Source: Mesotaenium endlicherianum
Taxonomy: Eukaryota
Assembly (NCBI GenBank): GCA_009602735.1
Contig: WELA01001451.1
Location: forward strand, 24,080 to 80,353
Direction of reading: 5' to 3'
Length of the DNA stretch: 56,274 nt
A model generated the notes under the pieces. That model saw nothing but the letters and a program-made list of their open reading frames with translations, was not told the origin of the DNA and made no database searches. A program made the position numbers and the translations under genes. Below, piece by piece: positions 38,673 to 52,800 of the stretch; position 1 is the first letter of the stretch; every line of letters starts with the position of its first letter.

Positions 38673-41600
38673 CTAGCTCAAACTGGATGGAGCAGCTCCA
38701 TTATCCTTCTTATCAGTGACACCTGCCTTCTCCTTCCCAGTGTCCTTCTTGTCAGCCCCGCTCGCACCCGACTTGTCCTTCCCGTTGTCTTTCTTGTCGG
38801 CCACGCTGGCCTTCTCCTTTCCGTTGTCATTCTTCCCGCGGCTGCTCCCGCTCTCCTTCTGCTCCTTCTCCTTCTCCTTCTTCTCCTTGGCGTTCTTCTC
38901 CTTCTCCTTCTGCTCCTTGGTCCGGTGCTGCGGCTTGAAGCCGAATATGTTTGCGACTCTCTCCACACCCTTCAGGAAGAAACCTGAGAACCCCTGGGGA
39001 GGGGCGGGCGGGGGAAACTCTGACGCCGGCATCGCAAAAGGCCCCAACATCTTCTGGAGCGTGCCCAGAGTCAGGTAAGCGTTCGCCTCTTGCAGCGGCT
39101 CTGGCGGCAGCACGGGCAGCGTGTGGTCCCGATTCCTGGGCGAGACCTGATGGCAACCACGCCACAAGTGATTTCTCAACAAGGGGAGATTGTTGAGGTG
39201 ATTACCAAAAGAGGCAGGCAAATTTTCCTGGGATTGACTCGAATGAAGTACAGAAAGGACAGTATGCGCAGATATGAAGCCAGCGTGCGTCTGTAGATGT
39301 TTTCCCACTCGGGTGCACAAAAGAGCATACGCTACGAACACACACGGACTAATTTGAAAAACCTGGCGTGATTACCTGCAAGGTACACTTCTTTCCAGAC
39401 AAGCAAGTGGCTTTCTTTTTCCCCGAGGAACAAATGCTGATAAGAAAGAGAAAAAGAAACAAAAAAACAAGAGACTATCCAAGTTGCCGTGTGACGTGCA
39501 ACACCCGAAACCAGACGAACCACTCTGAGGGACTATCACGAGGTCGGCCCGGCAGCACAGAGCCCAGGGCGAGGGAAGACAAAGGCAGTGAAGGCGAGAG
39601 CCCAGCCCCACCTCGAGGAGGTTGAAGCTGGAGCCGGGGCTGAACATGAGCTCGATGCGAAATCGCTTGGGGTCTGTCAGCTTCACCTGCAGCACAGCAG
39701 CAGCAGCAGTGCAGGGGCAGCATAGGCACCAAAGCGCAAGGGGGGGTCAGTCAGCTTCATCTGCACAGCAGCAGCGCAGGGGCAGCACAGGCGCCAAGCC
39801 GCAAGGGGGGGAGAGCGGCACTTTTCACTTCCCACCGCCACATTGAACGTCCAGGAGCCTCCTTCTGTGCTCCCCCTCCTGGGGCCGCCTCCTCACTCAC
39901 TGTGAGCTTAACCGGAAAACATAAACTCTGAGAAAAGTGGAGGCTCTGGCTTCTCCACTTGACTCGTGCTTGAGCAAAAAAACGGGAACTTTTTGGGAAT
40001 AGTGAAGCGTCTGTGATGTAGAACCAGGAAGTTTGGGCTCCCGTGTTGTGCTTTTGAGGCCCGACGATTCCGAGCTGTCGCCTACCCTTCTCTCGTATCA
40101 CCTCCGCTCGGGTCTCATTACATGGGCCTCGAGATGCCATCTGTCCGGGATACCAAAAGGTCCGGAAATGCCCTGGAAAATGAACTGGCCCACGTGTTTT
40201 GCACACAGCAATGATGGAACCTCCAGGAAGAAATTCAGCCCAGAAGATAGCCACGGAAGCCCCGTCTGCGTGGATCTGCACGCATCTGCCAGGTGGCACC
40301 TCAGCTTGCTCGGCTCACCTTACCTCACCTGACCTCGCCGTTCTTGCACATGCGGTAAACGACGTGCAAGAGGTTTGACGCTTAAAGTCCGCCAGGTGGC
40401 ATCAACTCAGTCAGCGCAACTCACCTCAGTGTTTCTCGTACACACGGAAAACGGCGTGTGCGTGGGTTCGGGTACGGGGTCTGCCAGGTGGCAGGAGGCC
40501 CAGCGCAGACGGCGCGGCTCACCTCGGTGTTCTCGTACATGCGGAAGACGACATGCGTGAGGTAGTCGAGCTCCTTGGTCTCGAAGAGGCGCCGCAGTGC
40601 ATCGTCCGAGATGAGCGCGCTCGAGTCCTGCTTCGTCGCCTCGTCCAGGTAGCTGTAACGCAGCACGTTGATCAGCGAGTGGATGTGCGACTCCTGTTTA
40701 CTCGTCCCCCCCCCCATCGTTTTGCACAACATCGTAATTTCCCACGACATCGTAAATTCCCATGACCCAATGCCCCAAACCGCAACACGACGTCCAATGA
40801 CCCAGCGCCCAACAATCCAACGAGTACTCCCCCCCTCCCCGCCCATCCCCATCCCCATGCCGCAACCGCCCGCCCAACAAGCACACACAGCGAAACAGAC
40901 AGCAACATCAGCGATGCAATCCCCCGGGGCCCGCTGTTGCAAGTGTGAGGAGGCATGTTGCAGGGCGTAAGCATCCTGACACACCAAGTGGGCAGGTGTG
41001 CTAGTGGAGTCGTCGAAAGAGCAGGCGGGGTGCTGTTATAAATTTGAGGAACGGAGCAATGCGAAGGAAAAGGCCTCTCCGTGGTGACCTACTAACTTGG
41101 AGGAGCCAGCAAACCATCCACCCACCCAGAGATGTGACCATCTGGTGATGGTGGCTGCTATACAGGGACACATGGCGAGACAAGAGGGCCCAACATCAAG
41201 ACGTCGCTGGTCTGCAAAGCAAGGACTCCCTAAAAGCACAGCCACAGGGGAAGGATGGCGGCAACCACCCTTCTGTTGCCGCAAGAGCTCTTGCTGCAAC
41301 TGAAGAACCACAGCGGCAGGGCAGCAGGCAAGGCCCGCCCGCCCCGCGCTCCTGCAAGCTGCCAACATCGCCTTTGCCCTCCTTTTTATATTTCCCGACA
41401 ACAAGTGGCAGGCACGTGTCTCATGAGGGTAACAGTGGGAAATGGGGCCATGGCGAGGAAGAGAAGGTAGGGCCCCAGTGAGGAAGCGAGAAAGCGCGGA
41501 GAGGGGGGTAAAGGGGGGGGAGGGNCCCCCAAGCCTCGTGCGCGTGCGTCAGTATGGCTCGCGTTCTATTACTTAAAGCCTAGTCTCCCGCCATTCTGGT

Positions 41601-42515
41601 CCTCGAGGGGCAGGAAAACATGGAGAAAGAGCTGGTCAAGCAAGGAGAGAGAGCCACAACCCAGCTGCCAGAGAGCGCACTGTATATTTGCATAGGGCTG
41701 GCTTTCCCCCACGTCTCTACTCTAAGTTTGTAAGAATGCATCGGATTGACAACGCCTGTGCCAGCTGTTGAGACTTGAAGCCGAAACCGCAAGGCCCATG
41801 GGCAGCAGCACCCCCGATAAACACAAAGTTGTAAAACCTCCTGTACTTTCAAACAGACACTAGACAGAGCGTGAGAGCCGGCGGTGCCACCCGACCACAT
41901 GATTGCGAGCCACGGCAGCAGGCAGCGGGCGCGGCAGGGGGGCCGCAGGCGGCACCGGGCGGCAGGAGGCGGGCGGCGGGCAGGGCGGCAGGGCGTGCTC
42001 ACTTGGGGTCGAGGCGGTACGACGTCTCGATGTCGCTGTCCTCGTCGGATCCCTTGTCACTCTTCTGCGACTGCGACTCCGACAGCTGGCGCTTGTCGCT
42101 GGAGGTGCGGCGCGGGTGCGGGCGCAGCAGGTCGTCCATGGTGGAGCGCCGCGTGAGGTGCTCGCGGTCGCGGCCCTTAGGCGCGCCCTTGAGGGCCTCC
42201 ATGGCCATGCCCACCTCCACAGCCTCGTTGAGCGTGTTCTGCATGTCGATGAGGATCTTGCCCAGCAGCCGGTGCGCAATCTGGCATGGGGCGCGCGCGC
42301 GGGGGTAAGGGGTGTCGACGTGCGTGCGCGCTCGCGCGAGCGGAGGGACCAAGTGAGTGCGTGCGTGCGGATTGGAGAAGTGCACGCATGTGACGGCACA
42401 AACAAGGACATGAATTGGCACACGCATCATTTGTATGCGTGCGGCCGTGCACGCGCATGCACACACACACATACACGAACGAGTACACACACACACACCC
42501 CCCACACACAAACAC

Positions 42516-42546
<31 letters not shown>

Positions 42547-45087
42547 GAAGCACACATACAAGGTGGAGGCATTTAGCAATGAAAAGACACAATCTTTCCT
42601 CCAAGACGTGCACTCAGTAACAGATGTCAGGATCACGTGTGTGAGTGCTCCCCACCCACACACGCACAGGAAAAATACACTCACAGACAAATGAACACAC
42701 ACCTATAGTATACATGCACGCGTGAAGGCTTCCCGTACACTCTAAATACACTCACATGAGATGCTTTTGCATACTTGGCACATCCACTCAGACATGCCCC
42801 AATCCTAGTCACGGCGCCACGGGACAGCCACAGCACAGTCTCGCCACTGCCACCATGCTGTTGACAACCAAGGTGCAAAGCGTTTTCCATCCATCTCTCC
42901 TTTCATAGCCTCCTCACACACTTACAGAGGTGGCCGCCACATTCAGAAGGAGCCGCTGTCCTGAGCCCAGGGACGCAGAACGACGCCAGCGCACCAGGGA
43001 GAACTGCCCAATCTGTCCCCCCTATGCTCGAGCTGTGCTCGACAGGCAGGCAAGTGCCGCCGCGAGCCTGCACTGCACTGCACACTGTGTCGTGCCGTGA
43101 CGTGTCGCGAACCTGGTGTTCAGGCCATGTGGCGGTAACAGGTGGCATGCGGCGCGCAGGAGCCGTACCTTGGAGCCGATGTCCACCTTGGACTGGGGGT
43201 TGATGCCGTACTCGTTGGGGATCACGCCGTCTGCCAGCGCCTGCTTGCTCGTTGGAGGAGGGGAAGCGAACACGCCACAGCCACAGCCACAGCCACAGGC
43301 GCAGTTGCAGCCAGAGCCACAGCCACAGCAACAGCCATCACGCAGCGAGGGCACAGACGACGGGGAGGAAGGGAGTGGACGTTGAGAGTGCGCCACTGCG
43401 AGCTATGAGCTGCCGAGCAGCGCAAGCACACAAGACACTCAAGCAAGTGGCCTATGGGCGCAGAGCAAGCTGAAAGGCGAGGCAACAGTGCAGTCCTGCA
43501 TACCAGCAGCAGAGCGTCTCGCAGCAGCAAGGGGTGTGGATCTTATGGAGAGGCGGGAGGGGGAGAAAGCGCCGCAAAAACACGAGGTCGGCACACCTGT
43601 GGCCTGATTGATACTCAGGGAGAATAAGACGGGAAGTGAATTGCACCCCGGTTTCAGAACTCAGCCCTGACACAGGACGATGCGAAGATGCCCTTCACGC
43701 CGGCTCGGGTCTCAAGAGGGGAGGATTCGAGCCTGAGGGGACACTTTGACTCCTTGTGAGACAGCCTATGAGACGCTTCAGGCCTTCTTGTGGGACACTA
43801 CTGCTCCTCATGGGGCAGCGTAGGAAATCCTTCAAGCCTTCTTTTGGGACGCCTTCAAGAAACCCCCGGCTTACTGAGGAGCTCCAGGAAAGCCACAGGA
43901 CCCTCGAGGGGCAGCCAGGGGCCACAGAAGGCTCCTGCAACGGGGGACGCCTACAGGAGACCAGGCGCAGAGTATGTCACCAGACGCACACTCTCAGCTT
44001 ATGAAGGGAGAGCCTAGAGCCCCAAAGAATGTAGTAAGCCTTCAGGACGGCTCCGGACGCCACGGAAATACAAGGGGAAGAAGGGAGAGACGGGTAGAGA
44101 CCGGTGGAGGGAGGGAGGCAGGCAGGCAGGGAGAGAGGAAGTGCTGGGTGTTGGTGAGTGGGTAGGGGAGGGGGTAGAGGGGTAAGGCGGGAGAGGAAGA
44201 GGGCAAGGCGCGCACCTTGACGACGTTGTAGAGGTCGTCCAGCCCCGTCAGCTTCAGGTGCTGGTTGTGCAGCAGGTCGTACCTGGCACCCACGCACGCA
44301 CGTGCGTGCGGGCGGGCAGGCGGGCGGGGGGGGGGGGGAGAGAGATACGGACCAAGAGGGTTAAGACCCTCGTATGGACAGAGTCAGTGGCGGTGATACA
44401 GTGACAAGCACGAGCTGAGCCTTCCAGAAGGCGCAAGAGTGAGAGGAGCAAGTGCACGGGAGGGCACACAGCCCCGCAGAAGCAGGAGCACGAGCAGCAA
44501 AATCAGCAGCAGCAGGAGGGCAGCAGCGTGCGGGCACCGACAACAGCCTTGGCACGCCGGGACAGCAAGCAGGCGGGGGAGGGAAAGAGGTTGGAAAAGG
44601 GGGGCAGGCGAAATGAGAGGGGGGGCTGAAGGACGCACTTGCAGGAGTCGTAGATGTCAGGAACCTTGCTGATGTTGTAGCGGCTGTTTTTTTTCCTCCC
44701 ATCCCCCGCCCCGCCCCGCCACGTCCCCACGAAACGAATAAGACACAGCCCATTTCCCGCAGACCGAGTTAGCAGAAGAGCGCGTCAGCACGCCGCTCAG
44801 GCTGTCTTCTGCCTCTCACCCTCTTCCAAGACATCATGTCCTGCAGCTCTTCTGCGCCACAAGAGACCCGCGCCTTTTCCAAGCACAGAAATCCTTCAGC
44901 ATTTTCCCCTACCGCACTCCCACTCCACCGGGGGAGACAGAGGCTTTGCTCTGACCCAAACCCGGGCACAATCCCTAGAATACGGCACCTCCTACCTTCC
45001 CCCCAAGTGCAACCCGCACTTCACTCTCCATACTGAACGCGACATTGCAGCAGCAGCAGCAGCAATTGAGGCAGCATCGATAGCGAT

Positions 45088-45120
<33 letters not shown>

Positions 45121-45144
45121 GGGGGAGAGGGAGGGGGGGGGGGN

Positions 45145-45196
<52 letters not shown>

Positions 45197-46111
45197 GAGC
45201 AGCGGCAGTGGCGTGCGGTGTGATGACGCACTCTTTTCGCTCGTTGTAGATGTCGTTGTCGAGCTTCTTCCAGCGCGCAAACATGAGGAGGAAGCCCTCG
45301 GTGCCACATGGCAGGCCGGCGGCGATGCGGTCCTCGTCCAGGCGGGCCTTGCCCAGCAGGCGCGCCGTGTCGTACGACGGGATTGCCTCCTGGACAGGTG
45401 GAGCGCCCCCGGCCACCATCGCGTCCTCCTCGTCCTTGCAGAGCTCCTTCACTTGCGCCGTCACATTCCGCGTCAGCTCCGCCTGCGCCGCCCCGCGAGT
45501 CGCCCACCAAAGGGAGAAAGCACCACAAGAGCAGAAGCTTGAGCATGCCAACGCTCCTGTAGCAGAAAAAGTTCTCCAGAGAGTCAGCCCTGGGGGCCAG
45601 CTGTCACGTTCCGCGTCAGCTCCGCCTCCGCCGCCCCGCCAGTCACTAGAGAAGACAAATCACCAAGGGAGCAATCGAGGCTTTGTAAGCAGCAGAAGCA
45701 TCCCAAGGGGTCGTCGGGGGGCGCCAGCTATCAGGTTTCGCATCGGGCACCGCAGAAGACGTGCTCAGCAGCTCATTGATGCCACCACTCCATATGCAGC
45801 AGAAACATCTCAAGGAGTCAGTCCAGGCGAACAGCTGTCACAATCCGAGTGAGGTCCGCATGCGCTCCCGCCAGTCATCACAGAAGCAATAAGCAGAAGC
45901 GAAAGCAGAAGCAGAAGCAGAAGCAGAAGCACAATCAGAATCAGAAGCAGAAGCGGAAGCAGAAGCGGAAGCGGAAGCAGAAGCAGAAGCAGAAGCAGAA
46001 GCAAATGCCATCGCTCCTGCAGCAGAAGAAGCATCCCAAGGGACCGGTCCAGGTGGTCAGCTGACGACCTAGCAGTGGCCGCAGAAACAGAAGAAGCACG
46101 CCAATGCTCCT

Positions 46112-46142
<31 letters not shown>

Positions 46143-49100
46143 AAGAAGAAGAAGAAGAAGAAACATCCCAGGGGTCAGCCCAGAGCCCGGGAAGGCAGCC
46201 CAGGGAGAGGGGAAAGAGCGATGGTTTCTCCAACAACACCAGCAAACAGCACCAGCAACAGCACCAGCCGCTGCGAGAGCGCCAGCACTTGCTCCTGCAC
46301 ACGAACCAGCACCAGCACCAGCACCGGTAGCGATAGCAGCGGCAACGAGCGCGGGACGAGGCAGTAGGTGCGCACCAGGCGTTTGAGGAGCGCCAGGCCG
46401 CTGGGCGGCAGGCCGCCGCCGTCCACGAGCCAGGGCTTCTCGGGGCTGGCGGGCTGCGGCAGCGATCCGTCGGGGCGCGTCATTATCTCGTACAGGCTCT
46501 TCTGCAGGCACGAACGCAGCAGAAGGAGCACGCACACCACTTACCACGTAAGAGTACGGGTCACGCCCCTGCTCGCTCTTCTGCCACGTGTCATGCGTCT
46601 AGTGCGTACTGTGCGACGCCTTCCGCTGGCAGGGGTGCAGCAGCGGACACGGCATTCATAGAAGAGAGAGAGAGAGAGGGAGAGAAAGAGAAGAGATAGA
46701 AAAATGCAAGCCCTTGCTCTCCCCGCCACAGGCCAATTCCGCCACGTGTCAAGGCCTGACTGCCCACTCGCATGCCTGCTGAGATCGGTTTGCCGGCTTC
46801 TGCCTTGGCCAGCTTGAAAGGAGAGACGAGCTCCTCATCTGAGTTTCGCCTTACCTCAGAGTGAAAGCACTAAGGCTCGGTCAGCTGGCTCGCGGGATGA
46901 CCACTCGAGAGAGCCAGCTTGAGAGACCTTCACCTTCCTCACTAAGTTAGTGCCCTAAACCCTGATCCCCCAACGCCCACTTTCATAGAGGGGGAGGCAA
47001 GTGACATCTAAACCAAAGCTTAGCAAGCTCCTCCTGCCAGTAGCCAGCCCGACACTGAGCGTCCCAGCACTTGGCCAGCATTCATTGCAAAGACAGCTGC
47101 ACTCTTTCTTCTGCACCTTTCAAACTTCGTCAGCATCTCTTTTTCATTCTCCTTGCCCTCCCCCCCACCATCTCCTCTCTGGGGGCAACAATGTTCTGGT
47201 CTCCCTGTTTCTCCATGTCGGAGAGATATTTCCCACATACAAGAAACAGGAGAAATAGGAGAAATAGGAGGAAAAGAACTGGGCCTACGCCACGCACTCG
47301 CCCACATGTACGTCTCTGCCTATCTTACATCTCAGACGAGGCGTTGCCATGTTTGCAAATTTGCGAGTGAGCGAGCCAGCGAGCCAGCAACTGAACAAGC
47401 GGGCTTGCTACGGCTTCTCCTCGACAGCCGTCCCTCTCCATCGTCTCACTATGCCGCCCAGGCCGCCAGGGGGACGTGCAAGAGGAAGCCACAAGAAAAA
47501 GTTGGGAGAAGGGCAACGCTGCTACCTCCTCAGTACTCCTGCAGGCATCCATAGATCAAAAGCACATCACAGTTGGCCTCTTTCACGCTCTCGCCTCATC
47601 CCTTTCCACTGTGCCTCTCCTTCACTCTTTCTCACTCTCCCTCTCTTGCTCTCTCCTGCTCACCTTCTGCTTCTCGATATCCTCGGAGGCAGTGTCGAGG
47701 CCGTCCAGCATGGGGGAGTCCTTGCTCACCAGGCTCACCTGCGCCTCCACTCCCCGCCCGCACCCGCACCCAGAGCCAGAGCCAGAGGTGGAGCAGAAGA
47801 ACCTGGTTAAGGTGCCAGAAATCTCGCGGGTGCAAACGCTTGCAGCGACAGTGCAGCGCAGAGCCAGTGCGCGCAAGAGCGCAACACTGCTTACGGCTGT
47901 GGCATCGAGCGGGGCGACACTCTGCAGCAGAAAAATGATATGATAGGTCTGATGTAGCAGCTCCGCATGCCAACAGAACAACAGACACGGGGCTAGCTGA
48001 CAACGGACCTGCAAGGGGAGGTGGCAACCTCTTCTTGGCGGAGCAAGGCTAGCAGGAGGAGGTAGAGGGAGGAGGGAGGAGGGAGGAGGGAGGGCCAGGA
48101 GGCGGGAGGAGAGAGGAAGAAGGGCAAGGAGGTGCGGAGGAGAGATGAAGAAGGTCGAGGAGGTGCAGAGGAGAGAGGAAGAAGGGCGAGGAGGTGCGGA
48201 GGGAGGAGGAAGGGCGAGGAACAGGGAGAAGGGAGAAGCGAGGGCGGGGGCGACGCACCAGGATGGGAGTGAGCTGGCCTTCCAGGTCGAGCAGCCCCTT
48301 GGCGAAGGCCGCCGCCGACATCTGCACAGACGCACGCACGCGTCGTACGGCACATCATGCAGCTCCCATCAGCCACCTCGCAAGGGCGCCAAGTCGTTGT
48401 TTTGTTGTGCAGAGACAAAGGAGGGTACGGGGACGGAAGAGAAGAGGGAGACATGGACAGCGGGGTGAGTTGAAAGACGGCTTGCTTGGAAGGCAAGAGT
48501 TGCTCTTCAAGGCGGGAAGTGCCGCTTGCAGCAGCTCAATCCAGGAGGTAGAGGAAGAGGTGCGGCTGACCTGGACGCGGCCCTCGTCAGAGCTGTAGAT
48601 CTTGAGATCGTGGCGGTACGTGCTGTGCAGGCGAATGAGCCCCGTGCCCTCGCCCGCTTCCACTGGGGAGCACACGCACAGGCACAGGCACGCACATGAA
48701 CGCGAACACGCACACGCACACAGGCACATGCAAGGGCACGCACACGGCACAGGCAAAGCAGCAGGTTGGACAAGGAGTCAGCACACAAGTCCCATTCCAC
48801 GACCGTATCAGCAAGAAAATGGGGCTGCCATGGCGCCGCAGCGCTTCAGTTGTGTGTGTGTGTGTGTGTGTGTGCGTGTGGGCGCGCGCGCGCGCGTGAA
48901 CATGCAAGCAGAAGGCCCGGGCAGGCCAAAGAGGGCAGAGAGCAGGATCCCTTGTCCATTCTTTCAAGAATCGTCAAATCAGAAGGAGTGCCAGTAAGAC
49001 TGGCAGCACTCAGCCCCTCACAGCCGGAGCTGCAGATAGGGACAGGGTGTCCGTGAGCATCGGATCTGAGCATCAGCAATGAGCATCAGCATCAAACATC

Positions 49101-49825
49101 AGCCTGAGCACCAACATTGCGTTGGCAGTCTGTCTCCAGCGCGTCGTCTGCTGCTGCAGCACACGGGGCACTATGAGCGGAGCAGCGAGGCACTCGGGAG
49201 GACGCAGGAAGGCGGGAAGGGGTGAGGCAGATGCGCGGGCAGAGGATAGAATGAGGGGATGGATGGGTGTGAGGGTGAGAGTGAGAGCGAAAGTGGCACC
49301 TGGATACATGTTGTTCCGGAATGTCCTCCCGAGTTCCTCAGCCTGCGTCGCCACCCCCACCCGGCACACGCACCGCATGCACGCACAGCAGCAATGATGG
49401 TACGCCAGCACATCTCTTTTTCTCTCTCTCCCTCCCTCCCTCCCTCTCTCCCTCCCTCGCTCCCTTGCTCCTCGCTCTCGCTCTCGCTCTCTCGCGCTTG
49501 CGCTCGCCTCCCTCCCTCCCTCCCTCCCTCCCTCCCCGTGTCACATGAAAGCATAGCTTCCGCAATCGAATAGGACCTTCTCCACCCAGCAGTGTAGCAC
49601 CAGCACACATGTCAACAAAGCAGTGAAGGAGTAGCTCCCCCACAAAGTTGGGTTTCCTCCATCCAGCAGCGGAGCACCAGTCAGAGCACGTCGTTACTCC
49701 TCTGATTACACAATGTCTCCTCCACTCATCTACCGTGACTCCTGACAACTACAACGCAGCTCACCAGCCACACTCAACCCGCCAGCGCAACACACAAAGC
49801 CATCTCTGCACATCTCTGCAGCAGA

Positions 49826-49856
<31 letters not shown>

Positions 49857-52800
49857 AGAGCAGTAGCAGCAGCAGCAGCAGCAAGAGCAGCAGGAGCAGG
49901 AGCAGCAGCAGCAGGAGCGGGAGCGGGAGCAGGAGTGACGATGCATACCTGCTTGCGGCCGGCGTGCGTGAGGACACCGCCGTACTTGAGCACCATGAGC
50001 GCCTCCGTGGGGCGCTCCTCCGTGGGGCCCCCGCTGCCATTGGGCCCCCCCTCTGCGCCGACGTCCTCCTTGTGCACCATGGCCCACTTCTGGGGCTTTA
50101 GCTGCGCCTTCCTGTAGATGCCCGAGAAGTGGCCACCCTGACTCCACGAGAGCGACAACAGAAAAGAAGCGGGAGGACATGCAGGCAGCCAGGTGAGTGT
50201 CAGACGGCCACGGCCAGTCAGTGGCGAGCGAGTCAGCCAGCCAGCTGCACCTTCCTCTAGATGCCCGAGAAGTGGTCCCCCAGGCACAATTCTAGAGCAG
50301 CAACAGCAGCAGAAGGAAGAGGAGGAGGAGGAGGAGGCAGCTGGGTGGGTGTCGGTCAGCCAGTCAGTGGGTGAGCAAGTCAGCCAGCCAGCTGCGCCTT
50401 CCTCCAGATGCCCGAGAAGAGCCCCCCCCCCCCCGCGTCACCACAAAACAAGCACGTTGTTGACACACCGGCAGGAGAAGGAGGAGGAGGAGGAGGCAGC
50501 CAGGTGGGGGTCAGTCGGCCAGTTGGTGAGTGAGTGAGCCCGTCTCCCCCAGCTGGGCCTTTCTGTGTGCCAGAGAAGTGCCCCCCCCAGGCACCACACA
50601 CCACAAGCGCAACAACAACAACAACAACGACAACAACAGTTGGAAGAAGCAACCAGTTGGTGGGTTGACTTGAGAAGTGCCCCCCCCCCTGGAGCAGAAG
50701 AGGCAGGAGGAGGAGCAGGAGGAGTAGGAGCAGGAGGAGGAGCAGGCGAGAGCAGGAGGGAGGGCCTGCAAAGGCAGCAAGAGTACGAGCGCATGCACGC
50801 ACGCGCGCGCACGCACCTCTTCTAGCACTGCTTTCACATGGCGCAGCTTCTCTGCATTCTCAAAGTCCTCGGCCTCGCTGTCGCTGTCTCTCCCTAACCT
50901 GCACACAGAAGAGAAGGACCCACTCAAGGCCCCACTCAGCCCTGAGCCAGCCTGCCAGTGAGCCAGCCGCCCCCCCCGGCACAGCAGCGCCCATGCAGAG
51001 GCAGATGGTGCGCTTGAAAGCAATGCTGAGACAGCACCTGTCACATTCTGGCAAACTATTTTCTCCAGGAGGCCAGCCAAATGCTGAATACTTTATCTGA
51101 GCCCTGCAAGAAATCAGGGACTGGGAAAGCTGACTCCTGCCCGACAAAGGTAGGAAGAGGGAGGGGAGTAACTGCTCCAGATCCCCTCCGCCCTCACTCT
51201 CGCTTTTTTATTCCTCGTGCACGCAAGAGCAGTCAGCATGTTGGCGAAAGAGTTTTGCGTGCTCGACAGCCAGGCCAGGGATGACAGCGGACGCCAGCGA
51301 GAGCACATGACAGGTGTTACTTGTGGGTGCCCGCCAGCTCTCTGCAGTTGACTTTGACGTGCTTGCAGCAGCAGGCAAGCTCGCACCAGCTCGGTGGGAG
51401 CAGCGGCAAGGGTGGGGATGCGAGAATAGGGGGGACAAGGGCAGGGCCTGGGGCGGCCCATCGGGGGGTGAGAGGCGCAGGAGCTGGAGTGCTGGATATT
51501 GTGAGAGTGATGTCTAATTAAACATATATTACGTGTATATATCTTTTGCATACTATTAAAAACTATATGTGTGAACGAGCACGACATACGGATTACTTAG
51601 ACAGCTAAAAAAGCTCAGGGGGTGTAGGGACATGGGGGGGGGGGNNNNNNNNNNNNNNNNNNNNNNNNNNNNNNNNNNNNNNNNNNNNNNNNNNNNNNNN
51701 NNNNNNNNNNNNNNNNNNNNNNNNNNNNNNNNNNNNNNNNNNNNNNNNNNNNNNNNNNNNNNNNNNNNNNNNNNNNNNNNNNNNNNNNNNNNNNNNNNNN
51801 NNNNNNNNNNNNNNNNNNNNNNNNNNNNNNNNNNNNNNNNNNNNNNNNNNNNNNNNNNNNNNNNNNNNNNNNNNNNNNNNNNNNNNNNNNNNNNNNNNNN
51901 NNNNNNNNNNNNNNNNNNNNNNNNNNNNNNNNNNNNNNNNNNNNNNNNNNNNNNNNGGGGGGGGGGGGGGGGGGTCTACGAAGATGCGGATTGAACGGCT
52001 TGGAGGGTACAGGGGGTGCTAGAAAGTTCAAGGGGGTCTCCTAGTGTAAGGGGCGTTGAGGAAATTGAGGGGGGAAAGAAAGAAAACAGAGGGTGTTTGG
52101 GGGGCCTGCTGCATGCCCCCTTACGACAGAATGACTGCTGTGGGCCCCCACGGGCTCGAGTTGGACTTGCTTGGGTGGCTGCGGGTGGGAATAGGGGTGG
52201 GGCTGGGGCTGGACCACACGCACTTGACAGAGGGCACAAGCATGCGGAGGGCGTCCAGGAGATCCTGCAGCTGCACCGCGCTCTTTAGCTTTGCCTGGAT
52301 GGAGAACGCCCACGCCCATAGCCACACCCACACCCCCCACAGTCACGCCCACGCCCACGCCCACGAGTGTGAGGACCCGGCCGTCTTAGCAGTGCAAGCC
52401 AGGTTAATAATGCTGGGGGAGTCATGTCCATGTCTGTGCACAACTTTTTGCCCATACCCGTGCCAGCAACTGCACGCGCGCCGCATGCACGTGCGCACAG
52501 AAATCGATGCAAACGAGGCAGAGGAGCAGGGAGACAGCGACGACAAGGGCCGTCCTTCAGATATACGTGCAGTGCCTTGTATGTGTGATGCTCATCCTGT
52601 ATCTTCAATGCTTGCAGGTCTCTGAATTGATGGTAGCCACAGAGCTCTGCGTTGAATTACAGTTTTATAACACAGTGCTGGAGTGTATCACGTGTACACA
52701 CATATACATGTTTCCATGTAGATATTCATGTATACCTACATGTAAATATAAGAATGTGTGTAAACGTGTGTAAGTGCCCACGTGTAATCTGCGCATGCAC

